64,000 nucleotides of DNA from Octopus sinensis (Eukaryota): positions 11,097,360-11,161,359 of the forward strand of contig NC_043019.1 of NCBI RefSeq assembly GCF_006345805.1, written 5' to 3'. The notes under the pieces were generated by a model, which was not told the origin of the DNA, did not search any database, and saw only the letters and a list, made by a program, of their open reading frames with translations. Shown piece by piece: positions 23,780 through 37,125 of this stretch; position 1 is the first letter of the stretch, and each line of letters starts with the position of its first letter. The position numbers and the translations under genes were made by a program.

Positions 23780-24335
23780 GAGTGAGAGAGCAGTGCATGC
23801 CATCAAAGTGACACTGGGGTAAAATATACAAAGCCCAGTATACCCATCATGACTACCCATCTGATAAGGGTACACTAGGCACATGCATCACAACCATATG
23901 TGCAGGGCATGGTGATGTCATATCAAGATAAACAGCACATGACCCTGCAGGTGGGGCCCAGTTAGAATTTTCTTCTGGTCGAGTAGCCCATCCTGCTCAA
24001 AAGGTCCTTGAATAAGGATTGTTTAAGGATGTTGAACGAACCACCCATGTTTCCAAAGGTGAATTATTCAAACCCCAAACAATCCCTTTCAACACATGGC
24101 TATGATGCTTCCCCACTACTTCTACTCGTGATCAGAGATGCACATATCGTCAACCAGTAAGAGACATGCTCAACTGGTTAAGGTCAAACAACTGACAAGC
24201 AAATCTGTGGTATTGAGCAGAATATTTGCTGTAGCCCATCTTTTATACCAAGACAAAACAATGTACATGATAACGCTTCCAATCAGTTAAGATCAGCAGC
24301 CATCAGAGCCATTGTCTGGTACTGCACCAGGGCAT
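23780..24335. other. Unclassified ~555-bp complex segment between (TTA)n tracts, probably an insertion
   Basis: Sharp boundaries against (TTA)n on both sides; no second copy in the window. Confidence 0.35.
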
Positions 24336-24378
24336 TTATTATTATTATCGTTGTTGTTGTTGTTGTTGTTGTTATCAT

Positions 24379-24625
24379 TGAGGCAGTGAACTAGCAGAAT
24401 TGTTAGCATTCCAATCAAAATACTTACATCGACCCCGAAAGGATGAAAGGCAAAGTCAACCTCGGCATTTTTTCCAGTAACTTTTTGTTCTGAGTTCAAA
24501 TACTGCCAAGGTAAACTTTGGCTCTCATCCCTCCAAGATTGATAAAAAAAAGTACCAGTCAAATACTGGGTTGATTTAATCAACTAATCTGCTCCCTTAA
24601 AATTACTGGCTTTGTGCTTATAGAA
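24379..24625 (+). mobile_element. SINE C carrying an inverted copy of its own core
   Basis: Plus-strand head and core, with catcgaccccgaaaggatgaaaggcaaagtcaacctcggca inserted at ~24427-24467. Confidence 0.75.
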
Positions 24626-24827
24626 GAAAGAATTATTAGGAAAGTGAGGGTGGAGGTGGAAATGCCACCACCCAGAGAATTGTGTAAAGCTGGGTGACTG
24701 TGGTAAAATTGGTTAGAGTGAATGGATCTACTCTAAGCATGCGCTTGGAGAGTGAAGAATAATGGCTGGGTGAATGATCATGCCTGTGCCGGTCAGGGTT
24801 GATCCAGGACCTGTGGGGTCTCTTGAT

Positions 24828-25855
24828 CATCACCACCACCACCACCATCATCATCACAACCACTGCCACAGCCACCGCCACCACCACCACCACCACAACC
24901 ACCACCACAACCACCACCATGACTACAACCACCACCACCACCACAATCCTCATCATCACCACCACCATCACCACCACCACTACAACCACCACCACCACCA
25001 CCACCACCACAACCACCACCATGACTACAACCACCACCACCACCACAATCCTCATCATCACCACCACCATCACCACCACCACTACAACCACCACCACCAC
25101 CACCACAACCATAGCCACAATCCTCATCATTGCCACCACCACCACCACCACAACCATAGCCACAATCCTCATCATTGCCACCACCACCACCACCACAACC
25201 ATAGCCACAATCCTCATTATTGCCACCAACACCACCACCACCACAACAACAGCCACAATCCTCATCATCACCACTACCACCACTACAACCACCACCACCA
25301 CAACCATAGCCACAATCCTCATCCTTGCCACCACCACCACCACTACAACCACCACCACAACCACCACCACCACCGAAACCACCACCACCACAGCCACAAC
25401 TCTCATCATCACCACTACCACCACTACCACTACCACCACAACCACCACCACAACTACAACCACCGTCACTACCACTGCCACCACCAGTGCCACCACCACC
25501 ATCACTTGTTTTGTATACATTTATCTCATTTTTCTATACTTTTGTCTCATTTCACCATCTTTTCCCCTTTTCACCCACTCATCTTTTATGTAATCCACCC
25601 CCATACACACACACACAAATGATAGGTTGATCTTGTGATTCTCACCCATCTGCATTTATGCCCCTCTGGCAAATAAAAGGAATCATTATTGTGGTTGTTG
25701 CTTTTATTTCTGTCATTGTTGTTATCATAACCATTGTCAGGATCCTCACCATAACCATCATCACCACCATCACCCCCACCTCCATCATCATAATAATTGC
25801 CATCACCATCATCAAGACCATCATCATCACCAAATCCATCATCATCATCATTGGG

Positions 25856-25893
<38 letters not shown>

Positions 25894-25929
25894 TATCACC
25901 ATCACCATCATCATCATCATAATCAACAT

Positions 25930-25963
<34 letters not shown>

Positions 25964-25989
25964 ATCATGATCATCATCACCACCACCAC

Positions 25990-26042
<53 letters not shown>

Positions 26043-26180
26043 CCATCACCACCACAATCATCATCATCATCATCATATCATCACCACCACCACCACCATC
26101 ATCATTGTCATCATCATCATCATCACCATCACGACCACCATCATCATTGTCATCATCATCATCATCACCATCACCACCAC

Positions 26181-26221
<41 letters not shown>

Positions 26222-26740
26222 CCACCACCACACCACCACCACCACCGAAACCACCACCACCACAGCCACAACTCTCATCATCACCACTACCACCACTACC
26301 ACTACCACCACAACCACCACCACCACCACCACAACTACAACCACCGTCACTACCACTGCCACCACCAGTGCCACCACCACCATCACTTGTTTTGTATACA
26401 TTTATCTCATTTTTCTATACTTTTGTCTCATTTCACCATCTTTTCCCCTTTTCACCCACTCATCTTTTATGTAATCCACCCCCATACACACACACACACA
26501 CAAATGATAGGTTGATCTTGTGATTCTCACCCATCTGCATTTATGCCCCTCTGGCAAATAAAAGGAATCATTATTGTGGTTGTTGCTTTTATTTCTGTCA
26601 TTGTTGTTATCATAACCATTGTCAGGATCCTCACCATAACCATCATCACCACCATCACCCCCACCTCCATCATCATAATAATTGCCATCACCATCATCAA
26701 GACCATCATCATCACCAAATCCATCATCATCATCATTGGG

Positions 26741-26778
<38 letters not shown>

Positions 26779-26814
26779 TATCACCATCACCATCATCATC
26801 ATCATAATCAACAT

Positions 26815-26848
<34 letters not shown>

Positions 26849-26874
26849 ATCATGATCATCATCACCACCACCAC

Positions 26875-26927
<53 letters not shown>

Positions 26928-27067
26928 CCATCACCACCACAATCATCATCATCATCATCATTATCATCACCACCACCACCACCATCATCATTGTCATCAT
27001 CATCATCATCACCATCACGACCACCATCATCATTGTCATCATCATCATCATCACCATCACCACCATG

Positions 27068-27107
<40 letters not shown>

Positions 27108-27240
27108 CCACCACCACCACCACCACCACCACCAACACCACCACCACCAACACCATCATGATCACGATCATCATCATCATCATCATCACGATCATCATCA
27201 TCATCATCACGATCATCATCATCATCATCATCATCGCTAT
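24828..27240. repeat. (CAC/CAT) arrays containing a ~880-bp tandem duplication
   Basis: caccgaaacc at 25371 and 26243; the unique ~250-bp block 25501-25750 recurs at ~26381-26635. Confidence 0.9.
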
Positions 27241-28370
27241 TGTGTTATCAGCAGTATTGATAATTTTCCCCCTAATTAGATTTTGCTGTTTTACTCGTCA
27301 CAAAAGACGAGGTGTTTAGGTGTTGTTCTGGCCATTGTGAAGGCAGAGAATAAAACTCACTGTGAAATGAAATATTTCATTCTGATACAGAATTCTATGG
27401 TTATTCTATATGATTATTAAATATTCAAATGTCCAATTAAATGTAAGGTAATTACAATGTTTCTATTGACATTGACCAATCAGATCGTCTGGATTGCAAC
27501 CAGAAAGATATTAACGAACTATTGCAATGAAATGTTTAAAGATTCATTGGAACTTGATCCATTTTAGAAGGAATTACCAGTCTTTCATAATCTTTCATGT
27601 TGATTCCAGGTGTGGCTGGGCGGTAAGAAGCTTGCTTCCCAATCACGTGGTTCTGGGTTCAGTCCCACTGCGTGGCACCTTTGGCAAAGTGTCTTCTACC
27701 AAAGCCTTCTGAGTGGATTTGGTACATGGAAACTGAAAGAAGACCATCATGTATCTTATCTTTTACTTTTTTCAATCATTAGATTGTGGCCATGCTGGGG
27801 CACCACCTTGAAGAATTTTTAGTCAATTGAATTGACTCAAGTGCTTATTTTTGTTAAGCCTGGTACTTAGTCTATCAGTCTCAGGAGAGGGGAGGGGGGA
27901 GGAGGAGGGTAGAGAAGGAGGAGGAGGGAGGAGGAGGGAGAAGGAGGAGGAGGAGGAGGATATCTGCGACTACATTATCTTTTAGGTACTTCCATTTTTT
28001 TTTTTAGAATGTAATAGTAACTTAAAGTAGTATCTAATTGCTATTTCAAGCATGTTTTTGGCCTCTATTTCTAGCATGTCTAGTGACTATATAGAGGCAG
28101 CCTACTCGAAACTCTTTATCTTTAACCTTTAACTTGTTTCAGTTATTAGACTGCGGCCATACTGGGGCACCACCTTGGAGAATTTTTAGTTGAATGAGTT
28201 GATCCCAGGTATTAATTGTTTTGCTAAGCCTGACATTTATTTTATCAGTCTCTTTTGCTGAGCCGCTGTTATGGGGACATAAACACACCAACACCAATTG
28301 TCAAGCAATGGTGGGACACAAACACAGATACAAAGACACACATATCATCATCATCATCTAATATATATAT

Positions 28371-28682
28371 CCGTGTCCGTGACCGTGATCGACCAGGCTA
28401 TCAAATGTTGCTACACATCGCTGGTCACAATGCGCTTCGCATTGTTTTAGCCTTCAAATGACTCCACTCCGCTGGCTAAGCGAGCAGGCCAACAGAAGAA
28501 AGAGTGAGAGAAAGTTGTGGCGAAAGAGGACAGCAGGGATCGCCACCACTTCCTGCTGGAGCCTCGTGGAGTTTTAGGTGTTTTCGCTCAATAAACACTC
28601 ACAACGCCTGGTCTGGGAATCGAAACAGCAATTCTACGACTGTGAGTCCGCTGCCCTAACCACTGGGCCATTGCACCTCCAC
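28371..28682 (-). mobile_element. SINE D, tail type 2
   Basis: Same head and core as 14100-14489 but the tail is ...cattgtgaccagcgatgtgtagcaacatttgatagcctggtcgatcacggtcacggacacgg. Confidence 0.85.
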
Positions 28683-28702
28683 ACATAATATATATATATA
28701 TA

Positions 28703-28863
28703 GGCATAGGAATGGCTGTGTGGTAAGTAGCTTGCTTACCAACCACATGGTTCTGGGTTCAGTCCCACTGTGTGGCACCTTGGGCAAGTGTCTTCTACTA
28801 TAGCCTCGGGTTGCCCAAAGCCTTGTGAGTGGATTTGGTAGACGGAAACTGAAAAAAGCCCGT

Positions 28864-28898
<35 letters not shown>

Positions 28899-28905
28899 CC
28901 CGTTG

Positions 28906-28944
<39 letters not shown>

Positions 28945-29170
28945 ATGTGTGTGCATGAATGTTTGTGTCTGTGTTTGTCCCCCCAACATCGCTTGACAAC
29001 CAATGCTGGTGTGTTTACGCCCCCATAACTTTGCGGTTCAGCAACAGAGACCGATAGAATAAGTACTAGGCTTACAAAGAATAAGTCCTCGGGGTCGATT
29101 TGCTTGACTAAAGGCGGTGCTCCAGCATGGCCACAGGCAAAATGACTGAAACAAGTAAAAGAGAAAGAGA
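28703..29170 (+). mobile_element. SINE B, full length
   Basis: GGCATAGGAATGGCTGTGTGG (A box) ... GGTTCAGTCC (B box) ... tgactgaaacaagtaaaagag. Confidence 0.9.
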
Positions 29171-29609
29171 GAATACGACAAGCTTCTTCCAGTTTCCATT
29201 TATGAAATCCACTCACAAAGTTTTGCCCAAGGTGTCATGCGGTGGGCCTGAACCCAGATCCATGTGGTTAGGAAGCAAGCTTCTTACCTCATAGCCACGT
29301 CTGTGCCTTCTTTAATTTATGTTGTTACTGAGGAGAAGAATCTTTCAACCAGACAGGTGACTCATTCACTCCATCATGGACATACTGTTCCGACTAACGA
29401 ATCAAAGAGGCCAAAATGTTTGAAATAACCTGACTGAGCTTTTCAGGAATTGTTCGACTGATAAATTGAAAAACTTTTATTTTTTTACTATAATCGTATG
29501 TATGTGTGTGTGTATGATAGATATCATCATCATCATCATCATCATGTTAATGTCCTCTTTTGCATACTTGCTTAGGTCAGCTGAAATTTGTTTTAACTTA
29601 TCATTGATC

Positions 29610-30200
<591 letters not shown>

Positions 30201-30215
30201 ATTTATATTTATGTT

Positions 30216-30255
<40 letters not shown>

Positions 30256-30521
30256 ACACTTTCGTCCTTGCCAGCAAAAGGCTTCTTCGTTCGTCCCCTT
30301 GTGTGGTTATTTCCTGTATAGTATTCTTGTTATTTTCTCGTTTTGTAACTAATTGTACTTTTTGTACATGTATTTTTATTTTGCAGTTTTATTGTTTGTC
30401 TATGCCAGAAAAAAGGCTTTTTCGTTCGTCCTCTTGTGTTGTTTTTGTACATGTATTTTAATTTCGCAGTCTTATTGTTACGTCTTGTTTGTGTTCGTAC
30501 TCATTGTGCCCCGCTGCTTGA

Positions 30522-30817
30522 AATTTTATTTTAATTCTCTCGCAGGAAGGCCTATTGGATTAGTGTTCTGTTATGCCTTCGAAACATGCCTGACTCCTCT
30601 AGCGACAGCTGATGACGGGGGTTTTGTCCTTGTGTAACCTGTCCTGTATTTGTTTTTCGTTTTCCGTTTTCTGTTTTTTGTTTTTTGGCTTTTTCTGTTT
30701 CTACGTCTTATTGTGATGTCCTGTACTTCCGTATAATTATTTATATATGCATGTATATATACATGTAGATGTAGGTACGTACATATATGTTTGTATGTAT
30801 GCATATATTTTTATTTA
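30522..30817 (-). mobile_element. Second copy of the 382-697 repeat family
   Basis: Reverse-complement similarity described for 382-697. Confidence 0.6.
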
Positions 30818-31444
30818 TCTCCTATATATATATATATATCTATATATATATATTAGTAATAATTATAAAGAGTATGGAGACTTGTTCATCCTCAACTTTT
30901 GTTTTCTCTTATTTTACAATTTTGTACAGCATATTATAATGAACTACATGTGTTTCCACAGCACAGACTACTGGCAGGAAATATATTTTGCGGATGAACA
31001 AGTTTCCATGCTCTTTATAATTATTACTAATATATACTCTAAACAATATTACCTTCTAGTGAAGCAAACACGGAAGAATTCATTGAGTGACTGTCAACTG
31101 ATCAGTGTGGTTAACCATAACTGGAACTTTACTGGGAGCCACCACAATATCCATCCAGATAATATATCCCTCCAAACTCACATATGTATATGTATGTATA
31201 TCTATATATATATATATATTTACACACACACAGACACACAGACACACAGACACACACACACACATACACATATATGTATAGGTGTAGGCATGGCTGTGTG
31301 GTAGAAGCCAGCTTACTTCTCAATCACAGGGTTCTGGGTTCAGCCTCACTGCATGGCACCTTGGGCAAGTGTCTTATCTTATAGCCTTGGATCGACCAAA
31401 GCCTTCATGAGTGGATTTGGTAGATGGAAACTGAAAGAAGCCCA

Positions 31445-31487
<43 letters not shown>

Positions 31488-31585
31488 TATATATACACGT
31501 ATATATATGTATATATAATTGTATATATATATGTATACATATATATACACAATATACACAAACATATATATATATGTGTATACAT

Positions 31586-31634
<49 letters not shown>

Positions 31635-32562
31635 AGTATAAATATACATATATGTGTGTGTCTGTACATGTGTGTGTGTATTTATATGTGTGTATATACA
31701 TATATATGTATAGAGATAGCTAGATAGATAGATAGATGTGTATATGTATGTGTATATATACTTGCATATTCATATATATTCAGATGCATACATATGATAT
31801 CTGTATGTGTGTATGTGTGTCTTTGCATCAGAATGTGTGTGTGTGTGTGTGTGTGTATGTGTGTGTGTATCTGAATACAGGGGAGGATAAAGGATGAATG
31901 AATATTTGATATCCTCTTCATAACCATCCTTAGAATAGGTTTTATATTTTGCTGACAGCTTTGAGAAATAAATCACTTTTTAATGAGGCCAGCGAGCATC
32001 TATATGACAACCCAGCACAAATGTACATCAGATGAGCCGATAAGAGCCAACATGTAGTTGCTTTGCATGCTAGAAATAGTAGTGAAATAGATCAGATGAA
32101 CCAAAAAGTGTTTCTACAAAACCAACAATCATGGAAGCTGATGCCTTTATATGATTGCCCTACATGTTAGAAATAACAGTCAAATAGGGAAGTGGGAAGG
32201 AAGTTTACTAATGTTCTACAGTGTGAGGATGAAAGGCAAATGGTGTTCTAAATTGCAAGGCAATTATCAGAGAAAATCAAGATTTTGTGGGAGTGAAGTG
32301 TAAACCAAAGAATAATAGTACATTTGCACTTATTGATTTTGAAAAGAAAGAGGCAAGAAAATGCTATTATGAAAGACTACTAAATGTGGAGAATGAATGG
32401 AAGAAAGGGAGCCTTTGTAATGTGAACATGGCAGAGTGTCTGGCCATTCTTGTAGACAGCAGTTTGATAATTAAAGCAATTAAGAATATGAAGGCTGGGA
32501 AAACCCCGAGTCTATCGGGAATTACTGCTGAGATGCTTAAAATATCTGGCAGAGCAGGACAT

Positions 32563-32991
32563 AGCTTGGCTTGGCTTCATGCGCTTGTTTGAGGGGGCTG
32601 GGGTTGTTCCAGGTTAGTGGTCCCAGAGGAAGCATCATGCATAGAGCTGACAAGGTCCGCCAGTGCTCTCCATCGCTGATAGTCCTGTGCCAGCCCCTTT
32701 GCATCCTCCAAGGTGACGTCAGGCCTCTTGAGACCTTTCCAGCTATCTGGTGCAGAGCCTGGTATAAAATATCTAGTGGAGCAGGACATAGCTTGGCTTT
32801 GCTTCATGCGCTTGTTTGAGGGGCTGGGGTTGTTCCAGGTTAGTGGTCCCAGAGGAAGCATCATACATAGAGCTGACAAGGTTCGCCAGTGCTCTCCATT
32901 GCTGATGGTCCTGTGCCAGCCCCTTTGCATCCTCCAAGGTGATGTCAGGCCTCTAGAGACCTTTCCAGCTATCTGGTGCAGGGCCTGGTAT
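32563..32991 (-). mobile_element. Two tandem ~200-bp 3' ends of another RTE-like LINE with (CCAAG)n tail
   Basis: Minus strand ...LEDAKGLAQDYQRWRALADL...; 227-bp period including ~27 bp of the host RTE. Confidence 0.75.
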
Positions 32992-33389
32992 GAAATGAGA
33001 GTAAAGCCATATAGTTAATCAGGTTGTACATGAAGGTATCATACTCAACAACTGGTGTAGCAGCATCATAGTCAACTTTTACAAAGGTAAACAAGACACC
33101 TTAGAAAGAACTAACTACAGTGGTACCAAATTACTGGACCAGGTTGTGAAAGTCACTGAAAGCGCTGTAGCTCGATGAATTAGGAAGAAAGTTAACCTGG
33201 ATGAGTTTCAGTTTGGTTTTGTCCCAGGGAGTAGTGCTGAAGCTCTCTTTATAGTTTGGTAACAGCAGGAGAAATATCTAGCAAAAACTAAACCACTATA
33301 TCTGACAATTGTCAACTTGGCGAAAGCCTTTGAGAGAGTCCCTTCCTCCCTTATTTGGTGGTTGCTGTTGAAGCTAGGAATAGATGAAT

Positions 33390-33693
33390 TTTGTTATATT
33401 GTTTGTTCCTTTTCGAGCCATGCCTGGCTCATAAGGGCCGGTTTCCCAGTTTCCTTGGCGTATAGGTTCCCCACCTGGATGGGACGCCGGTCCGTCACAG
33501 GTGAGCTGCAAGATGCAGGAGAAAAGAGTGAGAGAAAGTTATGGCGAAAGAGTCAGCAGAAGTTCGCCATTACCTTCTGCCGGAGCCGCATGGAACTTAG
33601 GTGTTTCGCTCACAAACACCCGGTCTGAGATTCAAACCCGCGATCCCTCAACTGCGAGTCTGCTGTTCTAACCACTAGGCCATGTGCCTCCAC
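33390..33693 (-). mobile_element. SINE D, tail type 3, with 15-bp TSD
   Basis: taggaatagatgaat at 33375-33389 and 33694-33708; D-type head and core with a different tail. Confidence 0.9.
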
Positions 33694-33942
33694 TAGGAAT
33701 AGATGAATGGCTAGTGAGAGTTCAAGCTATGTACAGAGCTGCTGTCAGTAAAGTGAGAGTTAACAATGAATACAGTGATGAATTTAGTCTGCAGGTAGGA
33801 GTTCTTCAGGGGTCAGTTTTCAATCCCCACGTATTTAATCATAGTCCTCCTGATCATAACAGAAGCATTTAAGATTGGTACATGCATGTACACACACATT
33901 TATATTTGTATATACACTTTTATATATATATGTGTGTGTGTG

Positions 33943-33996
<54 letters not shown>

Positions 33997-34005
33997 TATA
34001 TACAT

Positions 34006-34213
34006 GTCTGGCACCTGTGCAGGTGGCACGTAAAAAGCACCCACTACACTCACGGAGTGGTTGGCGTTAGGAAGGGCATCCAGCCGTAGAAACACTGCCA
34101 GATTTGACTGGGCCTGATGAAGCCTTCTGGCTTCACAGACCCCAGTAGAACTGTCCAACCCATGCTAGCATGGAAAACGGACGCTAAACGATGATGATGA
34201 TGATGATGATGAT
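34006..34213 (+). mobile_element. Young 5'-truncated RTE 3' end
   Basis: Near-identical reverse complement of 19590-19775; flanked by (TA)n on the left. Confidence 0.9.
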
Positions 34214-34899
34214 ATGATGATGGCCGTCCACTTGTGAAAGAGGAACACCATTGCCGACCTTCAGGAACATTGTGCGCTCTAGGACTAACTTATATTTTGC
34301 ATTTGTGGCTCCATTGGTGGCTAATGAGCCCTGCTCTTGACAAGCATACACGACTGCAAACATTGCAGACCAAGCTTTCCCCATTCACTATACGAGCCGT
34401 GCGCTTTCGCGCAGCTCGCTTAAGTTCTTCATGCTGGATACATGCTCTCTCAAAAGTGCCGATCCTCTCCTTAACCTGCTTCCTCCATCTGTGGCGATGA
34501 CAGGCATTGTTCTCCCAGTCAGTGTCCTGCATATCAAAGACCTTTAACGAGGACTTGACACAGTCCTTAAATCGCACCCTTGTTTTCTGCCGGAGTCTCC
34601 TTCCATTCACAAGTTCTCCATAGAGCATCTGCTTAGGAATCCTTCTATCCTTCATTATAATAAGGTGTCCAGTCCAACGCAACTGGTGCTTGTGCACCAT
34701 CGCCTCAATACCCAAGATATCAGCTGTCCTCAGGATCTGTGTGTCTGGAATTTTTGAGGTCCAGCCAACATTGAGAATGTGTCTGAGACATCTCTGATGA
34801 AAACGTTCAAGGACCCTTACCTGACGTTTGTACAGAGTCCATGTCTCACATGAGTAGAGAAGCGATGTCAGTACACAAGCACGATACACAGCACGGTAC
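34214..34899 (-). mobile_element. BovB-like RTE 3' fragment with C-terminal C2H2 finger
   Basis: YRACVLTSLLYSCETWTLY...FHQRCLRHIL...QLRWTGH...IPKQMLYGEL...CNVCSRVCLSRAGLISHQWSH*. Confidence 0.9.
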
Positions 34900-34956
<57 letters not shown>

Positions 34957-35012
34957 AATCCTTAAAAATGTTTTAGCCCGAAGGCTGCGGCCATGCTGGG
35001 GTACCACCACTG

Positions 35013-35044
<32 letters not shown>

Positions 35045-35779
35045 CACACACATATATATATACATACATACATACAAATATACATAGATACATATACATA
35101 TATATATATACATACGTACACATCCATATCAACACACAGAGATATACACATCTGTTACATACTCACACATGAAGAAGCAATACCACACACACAAGTTTTT
35201 CCAATGTTATTCTGTCATCCTACGACATCAAGGAAGAAAAAAACTGGTCGTGTTACGTAATGTTTGTGTGATTGGTTCATAGTTATTCAATCACTGAACT
35301 TCCTGCTGTCTGAGTGAGTGAGTGAGTGAGTGAGTGAGAGAATGAATGAAGTAGTGAGTGTGAGTGCAAGGCGGAGTAGGCGCAAACGTGAACCGAGAGT
35401 GAGTTTATGTTCGGACCTGGTGGTTCATTGTATTTCGAGACCGGATGAAGCGAGTCTGTGCGTTGGTGGTGCTTTCTGTTTTTGTTTTTTTTTTTTTTTG
35501 GTTTTTCTTCGTTTTGTTTACATTTTTCTAAGTCACATGTCGCTCACCTCCCCGATGCCGGATATATATATATATATGTTCGTCGATACTGCATACATGT
35601 GCAGTAATGCGTCAAACACAGCATCTTTATTGATAATGACGGGGGGGGGGAATCTGCAGGCTGATGAAAAAGAGAATGAAAAAGGAAAAAAGTAAAAAAA
35701 AAAAAAAATTACAAGAGAATGAAGAACTTTAATAAAGGAACAATGACAGCAAGAAGAAGACTGATAAAAATTGTAAATA

Positions 35780-35797
35780 ATAATGATAATAATAATA

Positions 35798-35873
<76 letters not shown>

Positions 35874-35938
35874 TAATAATGATGATGATGATGATGATGA
35901 TGATGATAATAATAATAACAATAATAACAATAATAATA

Positions 35939-35985
<47 letters not shown>

Positions 35986-35986
35986 G

Positions 35987-36020
<34 letters not shown>

Positions 36021-36022
36021 TG
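35780..36022. repeat. Alternating (AAT)n/(GAT)n blocks
   Basis: Directly visible. Confidence 0.95.
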
Positions 36023-36146
36023 ATATAGAGAGAAATGGAAATGAGTTTATGTTTGGTCAGGTCTGTTTGGATACTTGGGAGTTTAGGTGGCGTCAGCATT
36101 GGGAGTCGAAAAGGAGACAGGACACATGATCGTACATACATACACA

Positions 36147-36194
<48 letters not shown>

Positions 36195-36327
36195 CTCACA
36201 TACATAAAGACAAAACTATGTGTACGTACATATATATATATACATCCACACTAACACACTCACATATACATATGTGTGCATATATACATGCACATATATA
36301 TATGTGTATGTATGTATATATATATAT

Positions 36328-36396
36328 ATCATCATCATCATCATCGTTTAACGTCCGCTTTCCATGCTGACGTTAAACGATGATGATGATGATGAT
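36328..36396. mobile_element. Two outward-facing RTE tails forming a perfect 28-bp inverted repeat
   Basis: (ATC)6GTTTAACGTC - CGCTTTCCATGCT - GACGTTAAAC(GAT)6. Confidence 0.85.
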
Positions 36397-36444
36397 CGTT
36401 ATGCATGCTAATGCTTGTATACTTGAAGCATCCACTCATTACTC

Positions 36445-36485
<41 letters not shown>

Positions 36486-36968
36486 CATATATATGTACAT
36501 GTATGTGTGTGTGCATATATATATCATCATCGTCATCATCATTTAATATCCTTTTCCCAACTCTGGCATGGATTGGACAGTTTGACAAGAACAGGGAACC
36601 AGAGGACTGTGTAGGGTCCTATGTCTACTTTGGCATAGTTCTACAGTTGGATTTCCTTCCTAATGCCAACCACTTAAGGGAGTGTACTGGGTACTTTTTA
36701 TGTGGCACCAGCACTGGTGAGATTGCCAAGTACCTGCAGAATAAGACCCTTAAACTGAGTGGAGAATAGACTAGAGGAACAAGAAACTAAGAGAGAGGTA
36801 TCTCGCCGAAGAGGTGAATACATATTTTGCTCACCTGGAAAGTGAAGGAAGGAAAGAGAGAGAGAAAGAAAGAGATGTGATACCCAGGTAGAATATGAAT
36901 ATGACATATGAATATAATTAGGATAGAAGAGCAGAAAATGTAGATATGTAGTTAAGTGCAAGTCCAGC

Positions 36969-37125
36969 AAGTTCACCATCATCAATTCTCTGCAAGGAAA
37001 GTTCACCGCTTTTTTTCAATAAAATAGTTTTTATCTATTAATGGTGAGATTCTATGGATATATTTTCTTGATGAAAATTTTCTTGAGGTGAACTTTCTTC
37101 AAGATGAATTGATGGCAGCGAGCTT
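36969..37125. mobile_element. Possible small MITE with imperfect ~39-bp TIRs
   Basis: aagttcaccatcatcaattc...aaagttcacc versus ggtgaacttt...gaattgatggcagcgagctt. Confidence 0.4.

Larger units (their letters stand above)
32300..33878 (+). mobile_element. Old RTE RT fragment, interrupted twice
   Basis: IKAIKNMKAGKTPSLSGITAEMLKIS ... NYSGTKLLDQVVK ... FQFGFVPG ... LAKAFERVP ... LGIDE|WLVRVQAMY ... VGVLQGS, with stops and frameshifts. Confidence 0.9.
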
